Shown here in pieces: positions 12,311 through 23,069 of a stretch of DNA of 64,000 nt. The DNA comes from Planctomycetota bacterium (GTDB lineage Bacteria > Planctomycetota > UBA1135 > UBA2386). The DNA lies in the NCBI GenBank assembly GCA_046290465.1, contig JBKAGP010000001.1, forward strand, positions 4,160,001 through 4,224,000, in the 5' to 3' direction. The stretch's first letter is position 1. Every line of letters begins with the position of its first letter. Both the position numbers and the translations under genes were made by a program. Under the pieces are notes generated by a model that saw only the letters and a program-made list of their open reading frames with translations, was not told where the DNA came from and searched no databases.

Positions 12311-12973
12311 ATGTTCTCCAAGAAGACTGTGACCCTGCTCCCGCTCCTGGCCGTGACGCTGTCGCTCGCCAGCTGTGAGGACTTCCGTGGCTTCCCCTCG
12401 GAGAAGCCGCCGATCCACCCGGTCCTCGACATGGACTTCCAGCCGAAGCTGCGCTCCCAGTCGGAGCACGAGTTCGAAGGCTGGAAGGACCACCGCGGCG
12501 CGCGTCGCCCGGTGTCGGACTCGTTCGGCAACACGCTCGTCGTCGCCCGCGGCAGCCTGCCCGACGCGAAGTACGCGCACCGCGACGGCAACGGCCAATA
12601 CGTGACCAGCAACCCCCTGCCGCTGACGCACAAGTTCATGGTCCGCGGCAAGGAGATGTCGACCATCGACCGCGGCCAGGAGCGCTTCGAGATCTTCTGC
12701 TCGATGTGCCACGGCCAGACGGGCCTGGGCGGCAACGGCCCGACGGGCCACGGTCCGGTCGGTCGTCGCTGGCCGGTCGCCGTGCCGAACTTCCACGTCA
12801 ACAAGGCCGACGGCGCCGACAACCGCGTCGCCAACCTGCCCGACGGCGAGATCTTCGAGACCATCACGACCGGTAAGGGCACCACGATGCCCGGCTACGG
12901 TGCCCGCCTCAGCGTCGAAGACCGCTGGGCGATCGTCCACTACGTCCGCGCCCTCCAGTCCCTGAGCAACTAA
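12311..12973 (+). CDS. actE: Alternative complex III monoheme cytochrome c lipoprotein
   Basis: Lipobox LSLAS-C, DMDFQPK, CSMCH, MPGYG...DRWAIVHYVRALQ. Confidence 0.92.
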   Translation: MFSKKTVTLLPLLAVTLSLASCEDFRGFPSEKPPIHPVLDMDFQPKLRSQSEHEFEGWKDHRGARRPVSDSFGNTLVVARGSLPDAKYAHRDGNGQYVTSNPLPLTHKFMVRGKEMSTIDRGQERFEIFCSMCHGQTGLGGNGPTGHGPVGRRWPVAVPNFHVNKADGADNRVANLPDGEIFETITTGKGTTMPGYGARLSVEDRWAIVHYVRALQSLSN

Positions 12974-14316
12974 TGACCTCCACTGCAACTCCCGCGACGG
13001 CTGCGAGCCTGCAGCAGCTCGCGCCCGACATCACGCCGAAGGTCAAGGAAGGCGACCTGAAGACGGCCCAGACGGGCCTGCTGGTCGCCGGTGTCGTGCT
13101 CACGGCACTCGGCTACTTCCTGGGCCACCACGCGGTCTCGTACCTCGTCGGGTACATGGGCGTCATCGGCATCTGCCTCGGCGCGCTGTTCTTCACGATG
13201 ATCCAGCACATCACCCGTGCTGGCTGGAGCGTCTCCGTGCGCCGCGTGACCGAGAACATCGCCGGCACGCTGCCGTTCATGCTGGTGCTGTTCATCCCGA
13301 TCGTCGTCGGGTTCGACGAGATCTACCACCACTGGACGGCGGACACGGTCAACATCACCGACAAGGACGCCGCCAACTACGACGCGGTGCTCGCCGGCAA
13401 GTCGGGCTTCCTGAACTCGACGTTCTTCTTCGTCCGCGTCGCGATCTACTTCGCGATCTGGATCGGCCTGGCCCTCTACTTCCGCGGCCAGTCGATCAAG
13501 CAGGACGAGACCGGGGATCCCGCACTCAGCATGCGCATGTCGCAGGTGGCCGCCCCCGGCCTGCTGCTGTTCGCGCTGTCGCTGACGTTCGCCTCGTTCG
13601 ACTGGGTCATGTCGATCGACCCGCACTGGTTCTCGACGATCTTCGGCGTCGCGTTCTTCGCCGGCGCCGTGATGGCGTCGCTCGGCTTCACGATCGTGCT
13701 GATCATGTGGCTGCAGAAGAAGGGCTACTACACCACCGCGATCACGAAGGAGCACTTCCACGATCTCGGCAAGCTGATGTGGGCGTTCATGCTGTTCTGG
13801 ACGTACACCAACTTCAGCCAGTACATGCTGATCTGGTACGCGAACCTGCCGGAAGAGACCGCCTGGTACGACCTCCGCACGCACGGCGGTTGGGGCGCGG
13901 TCGGCCCGATCCTGATCGTCGGCCACTTCCTGTTCCCGTTCGTGTTCCTGATGTCGCGCAACATGAAGCGCCACCGCGTCGCGCTGCCGGCCGGTGCCAT
14001 CTTCCTGATGGTCATCCACTGCATCGACATGCAGTACCTGATCCTGCCGTCGGCCCTGTCGGGCCACGAGCACGGTGACCACGGCGGCGACGGTGGCGTC
14101 ATCGGTGCCGCCGCCGAAACCGCCGGCGAGCACGCCGACGGCTTCGGCGCGCAGCTCGGCCAGTACTTCAGCACGATCGAGTTCGGCGACTTCGGCTGCT
14201 TCTTCGGTCTGCTGTTCGTCGTCGCCGGCCTGACGATCATGAACGTGCGCCGCACGAACCTGATCCCGCTGCGCGATCCGCGCCTCCGCGAGTCCCTCAA
14301 CTTCCACAACTTCTAA
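12973..14316 (+). CDS. actF: Alternative complex III membrane subunit F
   Basis: Polytopic; DWVMSIDPHWFSTIFG, HDLGKL, FSQYMLIWYANLPEET. Confidence 0.93.
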   Translation: MTSTATPATAASLQQLAPDITPKVKEGDLKTAQTGLLVAGVVLTALGYFLGHHAVSYLVGYMGVIGICLGALFFTMIQHITRAGWSVSVRRVTENIAGTLPFMLVLFIPIVVGFDEIYHHWTADTVNITDKDAANYDAVLAGKSGFLNSTFFFVRVAIYFAIWIGLALYFRGQSIKQDETGDPALSMRMSQVAAPGLLLFALSLTFASFDWVMSIDPHWFSTIFGVAFFAGAVMASLGFTIVLIMWLQKKGYYTTAITKEHFHDLGKLMWAFMLFWTYTNFSQYMLIWYANLPEETAWYDLRTHGGWGAVGPILIVGHFLFPFVFLMSRNMKRHRVALPAGAIFLMVIHCIDMQYLILPSALSGHEHGDHGGDGGVIGAAAETAGEHADGFGAQLGQYFSTIEFGDFGCFFGLLFVVAGLTIMNVRRTNLIPLRDPRLRESLNFHNF

Positions 14317-14320
14317 AGCC

Positions 14321-14614
14321 ATGGATCACGCTCCCGGAGCTACCCACGAAGCGGTCCCGCTCGATCCCGAGAACGACATCGACGCCAAGTCGGCGACCCG
14401 CTGGGTCATCGGCGGCTCGATCGTGCTGTTCCTCTCGCTGTGGGTGATGGTGCCGATCTTCGTGCAGGTGCAGGACTACGAGCACCGCCGCAAGGTCGAC
14501 CAGGCCCCCAACACCGAGCTCGACAAGATCCTCGAGACCGAGCGTTCGTTCCTGTCGGGTGGCAACCCCAACAAGAAGAACATCGACGACGTCGTCGACG
14601 GCCTTCGCCGCTGA
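14321..14614 (+). CDS. Small single-TM protein, probable ActG-like subunit
   Basis: 97 aa, one TM helix, between actF and sco where ActG usually lies. Confidence 0.6.
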   Translation: MDHAPGATHEAVPLDPENDIDAKSATRWVIGGSIVLFLSLWVMVPIFVQVQDYEHRRKVDQAPNTELDKILETERSFLSGGNPNKKNIDDVVDGLRR

Positions 14615-14627
14615 GCGCCACGTCCTA

Positions 14628-15521
14628 ATGGACCGCATGAGATCCCCGCTGCACATCCTCCTGACCGCCGCCCTGCTGAGCCCGCTCGCGCCGGCCCAGG
14701 GTCCGGGCCACTCGCCGACCAAGGATCTCGAGGTCGTCGACGAGGGGGCGCAGCAGCTGGACAGCATCGGTCGCATGGTCGATCGCAACCTGCAGTTCAC
14801 CGACGAGCGCGGCTACCCGTTCTCGCTCAAGCAGGTGTTCCCGGGCGAGCAGCCGGTCGTGCTGATGCTCGGCTACTACAGCTGCCCGGCGATGTGCGGC
14901 CAGGTGCTCGAGGCGGCGTTCTGGTCGCTGAGCCAGGTCGACCTCGAGCCCGGCATCGACTACCGCATCCTCAACGTCTCGATCGATCCGAAGGAAGACG
15001 TCGGGGTCGCCAAGAACCGCAAGACCGCGTTCCTGGACCGGCTCAACAAGGCCGGCCGCGACGAGGCCTGGCGGGTGCTGGTCGGCGACGAGGCCAACTC
15101 GTCGGCGCTCGCCGAGCAGGTCGGCTTCCAGTACTACTGGTCGGAGGCGACCAGGCAGTTCGCGCACCCGCCGTCGGTGATCTTCCTGACCCCCGAGGGC
15201 AAGGTCAGCCGCGTCATCGTCAACACCTACTTCGAACCCGAAGACATGCGCCTCGCTCTGGTCGAAGCCAGCGAAGGCACCCTCGGGACGTTCTGGGACC
15301 AGGTGAAGCTCAACTGCCTCACCTTCGATCCCCGGACCAACACCTACTCCATGGCCGCCATGACGCTGATGCGCATCGGCGGCGCCGTGACGGTCGTCGT
15401 GCTGGCCGCGATGATCTGGATCATGCTGCGTCGCGAGCGGCGCAAGGCACGGTCCGAAGCTTCAGATACCTCAACCCCTGGCAACTCCGAACCAGCCACC
15501 TCCCCCGCTGGCCAGGCCTAG
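14628..15521 (+). CDS. SCO1/SenC copper chaperone
   Basis: Signal peptide, CPAMC (CxxxC), FAH His, C-terminal TM; precedes coxB. Confidence 0.9.
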   Translation: MDRMRSPLHILLTAALLSPLAPAQGPGHSPTKDLEVVDEGAQQLDSIGRMVDRNLQFTDERGYPFSLKQVFPGEQPVVLMLGYYSCPAMCGQVLEAAFWSLSQVDLEPGIDYRILNVSIDPKEDVGVAKNRKTAFLDRLNKAGRDEAWRVLVGDEANSSALAEQVGFQYYWSEATRQFAHPPSVIFLTPEGKVSRVIVNTYFEPEDMRLALVEASEGTLGTFWDQVKLNCLTFDPRTNTYSMAAMTLMRIGGAVTVVVLAAMIWIMLRRERRKARSEASDTSTPGNSEPATSPAGQA

Positions 15522-15539
15522 CCAATACCGAGTGCAGCC

Positions 15540-16619
15540 GTGATCAACCATCTGATCCAAGACCCGCAAGACCCGCCGAAGACCCCTTGGGACGGCATGA
15601 CGCCGCCCACGGTCGACGAGTACGGCCAGCTCACCGAGCTGGCCAGCACGTTCGACCACGTCGACGGCCTGTTCTACTTCACCTACGCCGTCTGCATCTT
15701 CTTCTTCGTGCTGATCACCGGCGTGCTGCTCTACTCGGCCGTCGCGCACCGGCGGAAGACGTGGGACCAGAAGCCGATCTCGAACTTCACGCACAACACG
15801 CCGCTCGAGGTCATCTGGACGATCATCCCGCTGATCATCGTGATGGTGATGTTCGCGTGGGGCTTCAAGGGCTCGCTCGACATGACCACGGTGCCGCACG
15901 AGGCGCAGCAGAACACCTACAAGGCCACCGCCAAGCAGTGGAACTGGTCGTTCACCTACCCGAACGGCACGCAGAGCTTCAGCGAGGTCTGGGTCGAGGT
16001 CGACAAGCCGGTGCAGTTCATCATCGAATCGACCGACGTGCTGCACGCGTTCTACCTGCCGTCGATGCGCGTCAAGCGCGACGTCATCCCGGGCCGCTAC
16101 CAGTCGGTCTGGTTCCACCCGACCAAGCAGGGCGACTTCCACCTGTTCTGCGCCGAGTACTGCGGCGACGACCACTCCCGCATGTATGCGAAGCTGCACG
16201 TCGTCGACGCCGAGACCTACGCGAAGGAGCCGTGGAACGTGGTCCCCGACCTCGACGCGCCGATCGCGGACAAGGTCGAGTACGGCAAGACGCTGGCCGG
16301 CCAGCTCTGCTCCAGCTGCCACTCGTTCAACGGCTCGAAGGGCGTCGGCCCGAGCTGGAAGGCGGGCGGCGACGAGCCCGGCCTGTTCAAGAAGGACGGC
16401 GACAACTACGTCGGCACGACCCGCGACGTGATCGAGAACGGTGAGACCAAGTCGATCACCGTCGACGAGGAGTACATCAAGGAGTCGATCGCGATGCCCT
16501 CGCAGAAGATCGTCGCGCGCGACCCCTACAACAAGGGCGGCATGTCTGCCTTCGACAACCTCGACGAGAAGCGCGTGGCCTGCCTGATCGCGTTCATGAA
16601 GTCGCTGGCCGACAACTAG
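15540..16619 (+). CDS. coxB: Cytochrome c oxidase subunit II with fused cytochrome c (caa3 type)
   Basis: [15 protein letters not shown], CuA motif [12 protein letters not shown], heme c motif CSSCH. Confidence 0.95.
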   Translation: MINHLIQDPQDPPKTPWDGMTPPTVDEYGQLTELASTFDHVDGLFYFTYAVCIFFFVLITGVLLYSAVAHRRKTWDQKPISNFTHNTPLEVIWTIIPLIIVMVMFAWGFKGSLDMTTVPHEAQQNTYKATAKQWNWSFTYPNGTQSFSEVWVEVDKPVQFIIESTDVLHAFYLPSMRVKRDVIPGRYQSVWFHPTKQGDFHLFCAEYCGDDHSRMYAKLHVVDAETYAKEPWNVVPDLDAPIADKVEYGKTLAGQLCSSCHSFNGSKGVGPSWKAGGDEPGLFKKDGDNYVGTTRDVIENGETKSITVDEEYIKESIAMPSQKIVARDPYNKGGMSAFDNLDEKRVACLIAFMKSLADN

Positions 16620-16630
16620 AGGAACCAACC

Positions 16631-18289
16631 ATGACGACCAACACCCCTCCCGTTGACGTTTCGGTTGCCACGCCGGCCCCGCCGCGCGAGGACTACCTGA
16701 ACTGCTCCAAGGGCATCATGTCCTGGCTCGGTACGCTCGATCACAAGCGGATCGGCATCATGTACCTGATCGGCGTAGGCATCGCCTTCCTGTCGGGCGG
16801 CCTGTTCGCCCTGCTGGTCCGCCTGCACCTCTGGGAGCCCGAAGGTCTGCTGTTCACCAACCAGACCTACAACCAGATCTTCACCCTGCACGGCGCCTTC
16901 ATGGTGTTCCTGTTCGTGATCCCGGCGATCCCGGGATCGATCGGGAACATGGTGCTGCCGCTGATGGTGGGGGCCAAGGACGTGGCGCTGCCGCGCCTCA
17001 ACCTGCTGTCGTTCTACCTGTGGCTGACCGGCGCCGTGCTCGCGGCGCTCGCGATCATCATGGGCGGCTTCGATACCGGCTGGACGTTCTACGCGCCGTA
17101 CTCGATCTACACCGACCAGGCGGTCGTGACGATCGGCCTGGCGATCTTCATCCTCGGCTTCAGCTCGATCTTCACCGGCCTGAACTTCATCGTCACGGTG
17201 CACAAGCTGCGCGCGCCGGGCATGACGTGGTTCCGCCTGCCGCTGTTCGTCTGGGCCCTCTACGCCACCTCGCTGCTGCAGGTGCTGGCCACGCCGGTGC
17301 TCGGCATCACGGTGCTGCTGGTCGCGTTCGAACGCCTCTACCACATCGGCATCTTCGACCCGCGCCTCGGCGGCGACCCGGTGCTGTTCGAGCACTTCTT
17401 CTGGTTCTACAGCCACCCGGCCGTCTACATCATGGTGCTGCCGGCCTTCGGCATCATCAGCGAGCTGGTCACGGTCCACAGCCGCAAGCCGCTGTTCGGC
17501 TACAAGCTGATCGCGTTCAGCTCGCTGGCGATCGCCATCATCAGCTTCCTGGTGTGGGGCCACCACATGTTCACGTCGGGTCAGTCGACCTACGCGATGT
17601 TCGCGTTCTCCTTCCTGACCTTCTTCGTGGCCATCCCGACGGCCATCAAGGAGTTCAGCTGGGTGGCGACGGTCTGGCGCGGCTCGGTCGCGCTCAACTC
17701 GCCGATGCTCTACACGCTGGCCTTCCTGATCATCTTCGCGATCGGCGGCCTGACCGGCGTGATCCTCGGCGCGCTCAACGTCGACCTGCACCTGCACGAC
17801 ACCTACTTCGTCGTGGCCCACTTCCACTACGTGATGATGGGCTCGATCGCGCTGGCGTTCTTCGCCGGCCTGCACCACTGGTGGCCGAAGATGTTCGGCA
17901 AGATGTACAACGAGACGCTGGCCAAGCTGGCGTGCGGCATAATCTTCGTCGGCTTCAACCTGACGTTCCTGCCGCAGTTCATCATGGGCAGCCGCGGCAT
18001 GCCGCGTCGCTACGCCACCTACGTGCCGGAATACGCCGACTTCCACCAGTGGTCGACGATCGGCGCGATGATCCTCGGCGCGGGCGTCGCGCTGATGGTC
18101 TTCTACCTGGTCGCCTCGCTGCTGACCGGCAAGAAGGCGAAGGAGAACCAGTGGGGCGGTGTCACGCTCGACTGGAGGTGCCCGACGCCGCCGCCGCACC
18201 TCAACTTCGACGACGAGCCGAAGGTCGTCCACGAGGTCTACGACTACTCGACGCTCGACTACGAGTCGATGCAGCGTGACGCGACCTAG
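16631..18289 (+). CDS. coxA: Cytochrome c oxidase subunit I (A2 type)
   Basis: [20 protein letters not shown] (YS motif), [23 protein letters not shown]. Confidence 0.97.
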   Translation: MTTNTPPVDVSVATPAPPREDYLNCSKGIMSWLGTLDHKRIGIMYLIGVGIAFLSGGLFALLVRLHLWEPEGLLFTNQTYNQIFTLHGAFMVFLFVIPAIPGSIGNMVLPLMVGAKDVALPRLNLLSFYLWLTGAVLAALAIIMGGFDTGWTFYAPYSIYTDQAVVTIGLAIFILGFSSIFTGLNFIVTVHKLRAPGMTWFRLPLFVWALYATSLLQVLATPVLGITVLLVAFERLYHIGIFDPRLGGDPVLFEHFFWFYSHPAVYIMVLPAFGIISELVTVHSRKPLFGYKLIAFSSLAIAIISFLVWGHHMFTSGQSTYAMFAFSFLTFFVAIPTAIKEFSWVATVWRGSVALNSPMLYTLAFLIIFAIGGLTGVILGALNVDLHLHDTYFVVAHFHYVMMGSIALAFFAGLHHWWPKMFGKMYNETLAKLACGIIFVGFNLTFLPQFIMGSRGMPRRYATYVPEYADFHQWSTIGAMILGAGVALMVFYLVASLLTGKKAKENQWGGVTLDWRCPTPPPHLNFDDEPKVVHEVYDYSTLDYESMQRDAT

Positions 18290-18351
18290 TCGCGTCCCCG
18301 CTCCAGCCACGCACACGCACTGTTCGCTACAGCCAACATTCAGGATCGTTC

Positions 18352-19086
18352 ATGAGTCACGATGATCACCACGCGGTAACGATCCCGGCCCCGGGGCCGG
18401 AGTTCGTCCCGCACGAGGTGGCGCACCACTTCAACACGCCGGTTCAGGAGTTCCAGGCGGGCAAGCTCGGCTTCTGGCTGTTCCTCGCCACGGAAATCCT
18501 GCTCTTCGGCGGACTGTTCGCTGCCTACTTCTACTACCACGAGATGTACCCCGAGACGTTCGTGCTCGGCGGCAAGCAGCTCGACTGGCAGCTCGGCGCC
18601 CTCAACACGTCGGTGCTGCTGCTGAGCTCGTGGACGATGGCGATGGGCGTGCGTTCGGCGCAGACCAGCCAGAAGAAGAAGACGCTGATGTTCCTGGGGC
18701 TCACCGTGCTCGGCGCGGCGATCTTCATGGTCATCAAGTTCTTCGAGTACAAGGCGAAGAACGAGCACGGCCTGATCGAGTTCGCGCACCTGTTCGAGCC
18801 CTACAACGACGCGACCGGGCAGCTGCCGTGGTTCACCGACCACGACAACGTCATGGCCGGCGTGCCGCACGGCCACATGTTCTTCGCGATCTACCTGACG
18901 ATGACCGCGATCCACGGCCTGCACGTCGTCATCGGCGCCGGCCTGATCATCTGGGTCATGGTCGGCACCGCGAAGGGTCGCTTCCACGCCGGCTACTACA
19001 TGCCCGTCGACCTGGTCGGCCTCTACTGGCACCTCGTCGACCTGATCTGGATCTTCCTGTTCCCGCTGCTCTACCTGGTCCCCTGA
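18352..19086 (+). CDS. coxC: Cytochrome c oxidase subunit III
   Basis: GFWLFLATEILLFGGLF, NTSVLLLSS, HGLHV, GLYWHLVDLIWIFLFPLLY. Confidence 0.95.
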   Translation: MSHDDHHAVTIPAPGPEFVPHEVAHHFNTPVQEFQAGKLGFWLFLATEILLFGGLFAAYFYYHEMYPETFVLGGKQLDWQLGALNTSVLLLSSWTMAMGVRSAQTSQKKKTLMFLGLTVLGAAIFMVIKFFEYKAKNEHGLIEFAHLFEPYNDATGQLPWFTDHDNVMAGVPHGHMFFAIYLTMTAIHGLHVVIGAGLIIWVMVGTAKGRFHAGYYMPVDLVGLYWHLVDLIWIFLFPLLYLVP

Positions 19087-19502
19087 TGTCCGACGCACAC
19101 GACACCCACGCCGATGGCCACGGCCACGGCGAACTGGACATGGGTCACCACCATGTCTCCAGCTCGGCGATGTTCTTCAGCGTCCTGGTGGCGCTGCTGT
19201 TCCTGACCTTCATCACGGTCGCCGTCGCGCAGTTCGACTTCGGCTCGGCCAACATGCTGATCGCGATGGGCATCGCCGCCGTCAAGGCGTCGCTGGTCAT
19301 CGCCTTCTTCATGCACGTGAAGTGGGACACCGCGATCAACAAGATCGTGTTCCTGAGCTCGTTCCTGTTCTTGTCCCTGCTGTTCGTGTTCACCCTGGCC
19401 GACCTGTTCACGCGTCGCCTGGACCACGAACTGCACACGACCAAGTCGCCGGTCGACAAGCAGTGGACGCACCCGAGCAACCTCCCGGACGGCGGTCACT
19501 AA
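19086..19502 (+). CDS. coxD: Cytochrome c oxidase subunit IV
   Basis: Three TM helices, IAAVKASLVIAFFMHVKW; start overlaps the coxC stop. Confidence 0.9.
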   Translation: MSDAHDTHADGHGHGELDMGHHHVSSSAMFFSVLVALLFLTFITVAVAQFDFGSANMLIAMGIAAVKASLVIAFFMHVKWDTAINKIVFLSSFLFLSLLFVFTLADLFTRRLDHELHTTKSPVDKQWTHPSNLPDGGH

Positions 19503-19503
19503 A

Positions 19504-22362
19504 CTGCACGCCGCCTACCTGCACACTCGCCAGCCCGCCGAAGCGCGGATCGCACTGTGGTCCGACGACGGCGTCGAGGCCCTGCGGTCGACGCTGCCCG
19601 CAGAGGTCCTGGCCAACGCGACGCCCGTCGACGCGCAGCTGCTGCTGCCGTCCGAGGAAGCGACGCTGCGGCCGCTGACGGCGATCCCCGACACGGAGAA
19701 CGACGAGGAGCGCAGCCAGTCGCGGATCGCGCCGGCGCTGTGGACGATCCCGGCGCTCGGCGTGCCGCTGGCCGACGCGGTCCCGTGGCTGGCGTCGCTG
19801 GATCCGGCGACCCAGCCGCCCGCGATGCGGCTGTTCGCGGCCGCCAGCCAGCTGGTCGACAAGATGGTGCGCCGCGGCGACTTCGCGCCCGCCCCCGAAG
19901 GCGTGCTCGCGTTCGTGCCGTTCTGGAAGCCGGAGACCCAATGGCTGGTCGCGGCGCTCGCCGACCTGGTGCCGGGCAACCTGTGCACCGCGCGCGTCGC
20001 CGTGCCGGACGACCCGGTCTACGCGGTGACCCAGCGCAACCTGATCGTCAGCTTCATCGGCCACGCGCTCGATCGGCACGCGACCACGCTCGATGCCGCA
20101 GCCGGCCACGAGACCGCCGACCGTCTGCCGCGCGAGTTCTGGCAGACGCCGATGACGCCGGTGCTCGAGATCCTGGTGCCCGACCAGCCGCTCGAAGAAG
20201 GCGCGCCGTGGGGCCTGTCGATCCTGGTCCGCCCGGTGCCGGGCATCGCCTACACCGAGACCATCGAGAGCCTGCACCAGCGCCTGCAGGCGTCGCCGTT
20301 CCGCAACGAGATCGCCGGCGAGAGCGTGCACAAGGTCGAGGACATCCTCGACCGCGTCGCCGACAAGCTGCCCGCCCTGCGCCGCGCGCGCAACCTCAGC
20401 GACGGTCGCGCCAGCCTGACCCGTCAGGAGCTCGACCAGATCCTCGACCACATCCCGCTGCTGGAGACCGAGGGTTTCGAGATCACCCTGCCGGGCATCG
20501 AGTCGATGCAGCGCCTCAGTGCGCGCGTCGCGATCGTCGAGGGCAAGGGCCAGGACAACGACCCGCGGCCGTGGTTCGAGTTCAAGTGGAGCCTCGCGCT
20601 CGGCGACCAGGAGCTCGACCAGTCGCAGTTCGAGCAGCTGGTCGACGCCAAGACGCCGCTGGTGTTCATCGACCGCCGGCCGGTGCTGCTGTCGCCCAAG
20701 GACCGCGAAGCGCTCAAGGACTTCAAGAAGCGCATGCTCGACGGCGGCGAGCGCATCAGCTTCTTCGAAGCGCTGCGTCTGCGCCTCGGCGGTGCCTCGC
20801 ACCTGCACGGCCTGGCGATGGAGTCGATCGCCAGCACGCCGAGACTCGAGCACCTGCTGCAGAACCTCGAACGGGCCCGCGCCGTCGAGGACCGCGTGGT
20901 GCCGGTCGAGTTCCACGGCGAACTGCGTCCCTACCAGGGCCGCGGCCACGCGTGGATGCACTTCCTCGTCGACCAGGGCTTCGGCGCGTGCCTCGCCGAC
21001 GACATGGGTCTCGGCAAGACGATCCAGGCGATCACGGTGATGCTGGACTGGCGCAAGCAGCGCAACAGCAAGACCGCGATCCTGATCGTCTGCCCGGTCT
21101 CGGTGCTCGGCAACTGGCGTCGCGAGCTGCTCAAGTTCGCGCCGTCGCTGCGGGTCTCGCTGCACCACGGCAAGGGCCGCGCCAACACGCCCGAGTCGTT
21201 CACCGCAGTCGTCACCGAGCACGACATCGTGCTGACCAGCTACAACCTGCTGCAGCGCGACGAGGAGCTGATGCAGGAGGTCACGTTCGACGGCGTGGTG
21301 CTCGACGAGGCGCAGAACATCAAGAACCCGACCACGCGGCAGTCGCGCGTCGCGCGCACGCTCAAGGGTCACTTCCGGCTGGCGCTTACCGGCACGCCGC
21401 TCGAGAACCGGCCGCTCGACCTGTGGTCGATCATGGACTTCCTCAACGAGGGCCTGCTCGGTTCGCGCACGCAGTTCACGCAGACGCTCGAGCACCCGAT
21501 CGTCAAGCAGCGCCGCCAGGGGTCGATGTCGGCGCTGGCGCGGCTGGTGCGGCCGTTCGTGCTTCGCCGCCTCAAGACCGACCCGGAGATCGTCGCCGAC
21601 CTGCCGGAGAAGACCGAGCAGATCGTCACCGCGACGCTCAGCCGCGAGCAGGCGATCCTCTACGAGTCCGTCGTGCGCAAGGGCCTGCAGGAGGTCGAGA
21701 AGGCCGGCGAAGGCATCCAGCGCCGCGGCGCGATCCTGACCACGCTGCTGCGCCTCAAGCAGGTCTGCAACCACCCGGCGCACTACCTGATGGACGGCAG
21801 CTCGCTGCCGAGCCGTTCGGGCAAGCTCGACTACCTGTCGCAGATGATCGAGGAGGCCGTCGAAGAGGGCGACCGTTCGCTGATCTTCACGCAGTTCAAG
21901 GAGATGGGGTCGATCCTCAAGACCCACTTCGAGAACCTCTACGGCCAGACGGTCCTGTTCCTGCACGGCGGCATCCCGCAGAAGGAGCGCGACAAGATGG
22001 TGACCGACTTCCAGGAGGCGCGTCCGGAAGGTCCGAAGCTGTTCGTGCTGTCGCTCAAGGCGGGCGGCACCGGCCTCAACCTGACCGCGGCCAACCGCGT
22101 GTTCCACTTCGACCGCTGGTGGAACCCGGCGGTCGAGGACCAGGCGACCGACCGTGCGTTCCGCATCGGCCAGCAGCGCAACGTGTTCGTGCACAAGTTC
22201 GTCTGCAGCGGCACGCTCGAGGAGCGCATCCAGCAGATGCTCGATCGCAAGCGCGAGGTCGCCGACGGCCTGCTCGCCGCCGGCGAGAACTGGATCACCG
22301 AGCTCAGCAACGACGACCTCAAGCGTCTGCTGACGCTCGATCGCAAGGAGGCCCTGGCGTGA
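19504..22362 (+). CDS. SNF2-family helicase/ATPase (probable CTG start at 19504; first canonical start is GTG 19762)
   Basis: LRPYQ, LADDMGLGKT, LDEAQNIKN, LTGTPLEN, LKQVCNHP, GLNLTAA, WWNPAVEDQATDRAFRIGQ; the frame reads as protein from 19501. Confidence 0.92.
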   Translation: MHAAYLHTRQPAEARIALWSDDGVEALRSTLPAEVLANATPVDAQLLLPSEEATLRPLTAIPDTENDEERSQSRIAPALWTIPALGVPLADAVPWLASLDPATQPPAMRLFAAASQLVDKMVRRGDFAPAPEGVLAFVPFWKPETQWLVAALADLVPGNLCTARVAVPDDPVYAVTQRNLIVSFIGHALDRHATTLDAAAGHETADRLPREFWQTPMTPVLEILVPDQPLEEGAPWGLSILVRPVPGIAYTETIESLHQRLQASPFRNEIAGESVHKVEDILDRVADKLPALRRARNLSDGRASLTRQELDQILDHIPLLETEGFEITLPGIESMQRLSARVAIVEGKGQDNDPRPWFEFKWSLALGDQELDQSQFEQLVDAKTPLVFIDRRPVLLSPKDREALKDFKKRMLDGGERISFFEALRLRLGGASHLHGLAMESIASTPRLEHLLQNLERARAVEDRVVPVEFHGELRPYQGRGHAWMHFLVDQGFGACLADDMGLGKTIQAITVMLDWRKQRNSKTAILIVCPVSVLGNWRRELLKFAPSLRVSLHHGKGRANTPESFTAVVTEHDIVLTSYNLLQRDEELMQEVTFDGVVLDEAQNIKNPTTRQSRVARTLKGHFRLALTGTPLENRPLDLWSIMDFLNEGLLGSRTQFTQTLEHPIVKQRRQGSMSALARLVRPFVLRRLKTDPEIVADLPEKTEQIVTATLSREQAILYESVVRKGLQEVEKAGEGIQRRGAILTTLLRLKQVCNHPAHYLMDGSSLPSRSGKLDYLSQMIEEAVEEGDRSLIFTQFKEMGSILKTHFENLYGQTVLFLHGGIPQKERDKMVTDFQEARPEGPKLFVLSLKAGGTGLNLTAANRVFHFDRWWNPAVEDQATDRAFRIGQQRNVFVHKFVCSGTLEERIQQMLDRKREVADGLLAAGENWITELSNDDLKRLLTLDRKEALA

Positions 22363-23069
22363 GCAGCACCGGCGAACGCAAGTCCGTCTCGCTCGGCGAG
22401 CGCTGGCGCCGCGAGGCGACCCGCGACATCGACGACCAGCGGCTGGCCGCGGCGCTCGAGGCGCTGCCGAGCATCCGCAAGCCGATGGTCCGGATCCGCG
22501 CCGGCGGCATCAACGCCGAGATGGAAGGCGCGATGGGCTCGATCCACGAGGTCAGCCTGCAGATCCGCACGCTGCCGATGAAGGACTGGCCGACGCTGAT
22601 CCGCGTGCTGCGTCGCAGCAAGTCGATCATCGAGGCGCTCAGCCAGGCGCGCGTGCCGCGTTCGTTCGACCGCCTGGTCGCGCGCATCATCGGCGAGCCG
22701 CTGTTCCCGGACGCGCGTAGCGTCACCTACGGGTGTTCGTGCGACCTCCAGGAGGAGCCGTGCCGCCACGTGCTCGCGCTGCACGAGCTGTTCGCGCGGC
22801 GTCTCGACGAGAAGCCGTGGGAGCTGTTGATGCTGCGCGGCGTCGACCTCCACGACACCCTGACCAAGGTCAAGCAGACCGAGCCCGACGCCGACCTGCC
22901 GCCGCTCGCCTACGGTGTTCCCGAGGAGCCGGTGCTCTACCCGGACGCCGAGGACGCCGACCTCGACCAGAGCCTCGGCATGCCGGCCCTGCGCTGGCTC
23001 ATCGGCGACGTCTCCCCCCGAGCCGTCGACGCCGCCCTCCAAGCCCTCGCCGCCCTCCCCGAAAAGTAG
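22359..23069 (+). CDS. SWIM zinc-finger protein
   Basis: CSCDLQEEPCRH SWIM motif; ...DEKPWELLMLRG; AAGGAGG SD and GTGA overlap with the helicase. Confidence 0.85.
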   Translation: MSSTGERKSVSLGERWRREATRDIDDQRLAAALEALPSIRKPMVRIRAGGINAEMEGAMGSIHEVSLQIRTLPMKDWPTLIRVLRRSKSIIEALSQARVPRSFDRLVARIIGEPLFPDARSVTYGCSCDLQEEPCRHVLALHELFARRLDEKPWELLMLRGVDLHDTLTKVKQTEPDADLPPLAYGVPEEPVLYPDAEDADLDQSLGMPALRWLIGDVSPRAVDAALQALAALPEK

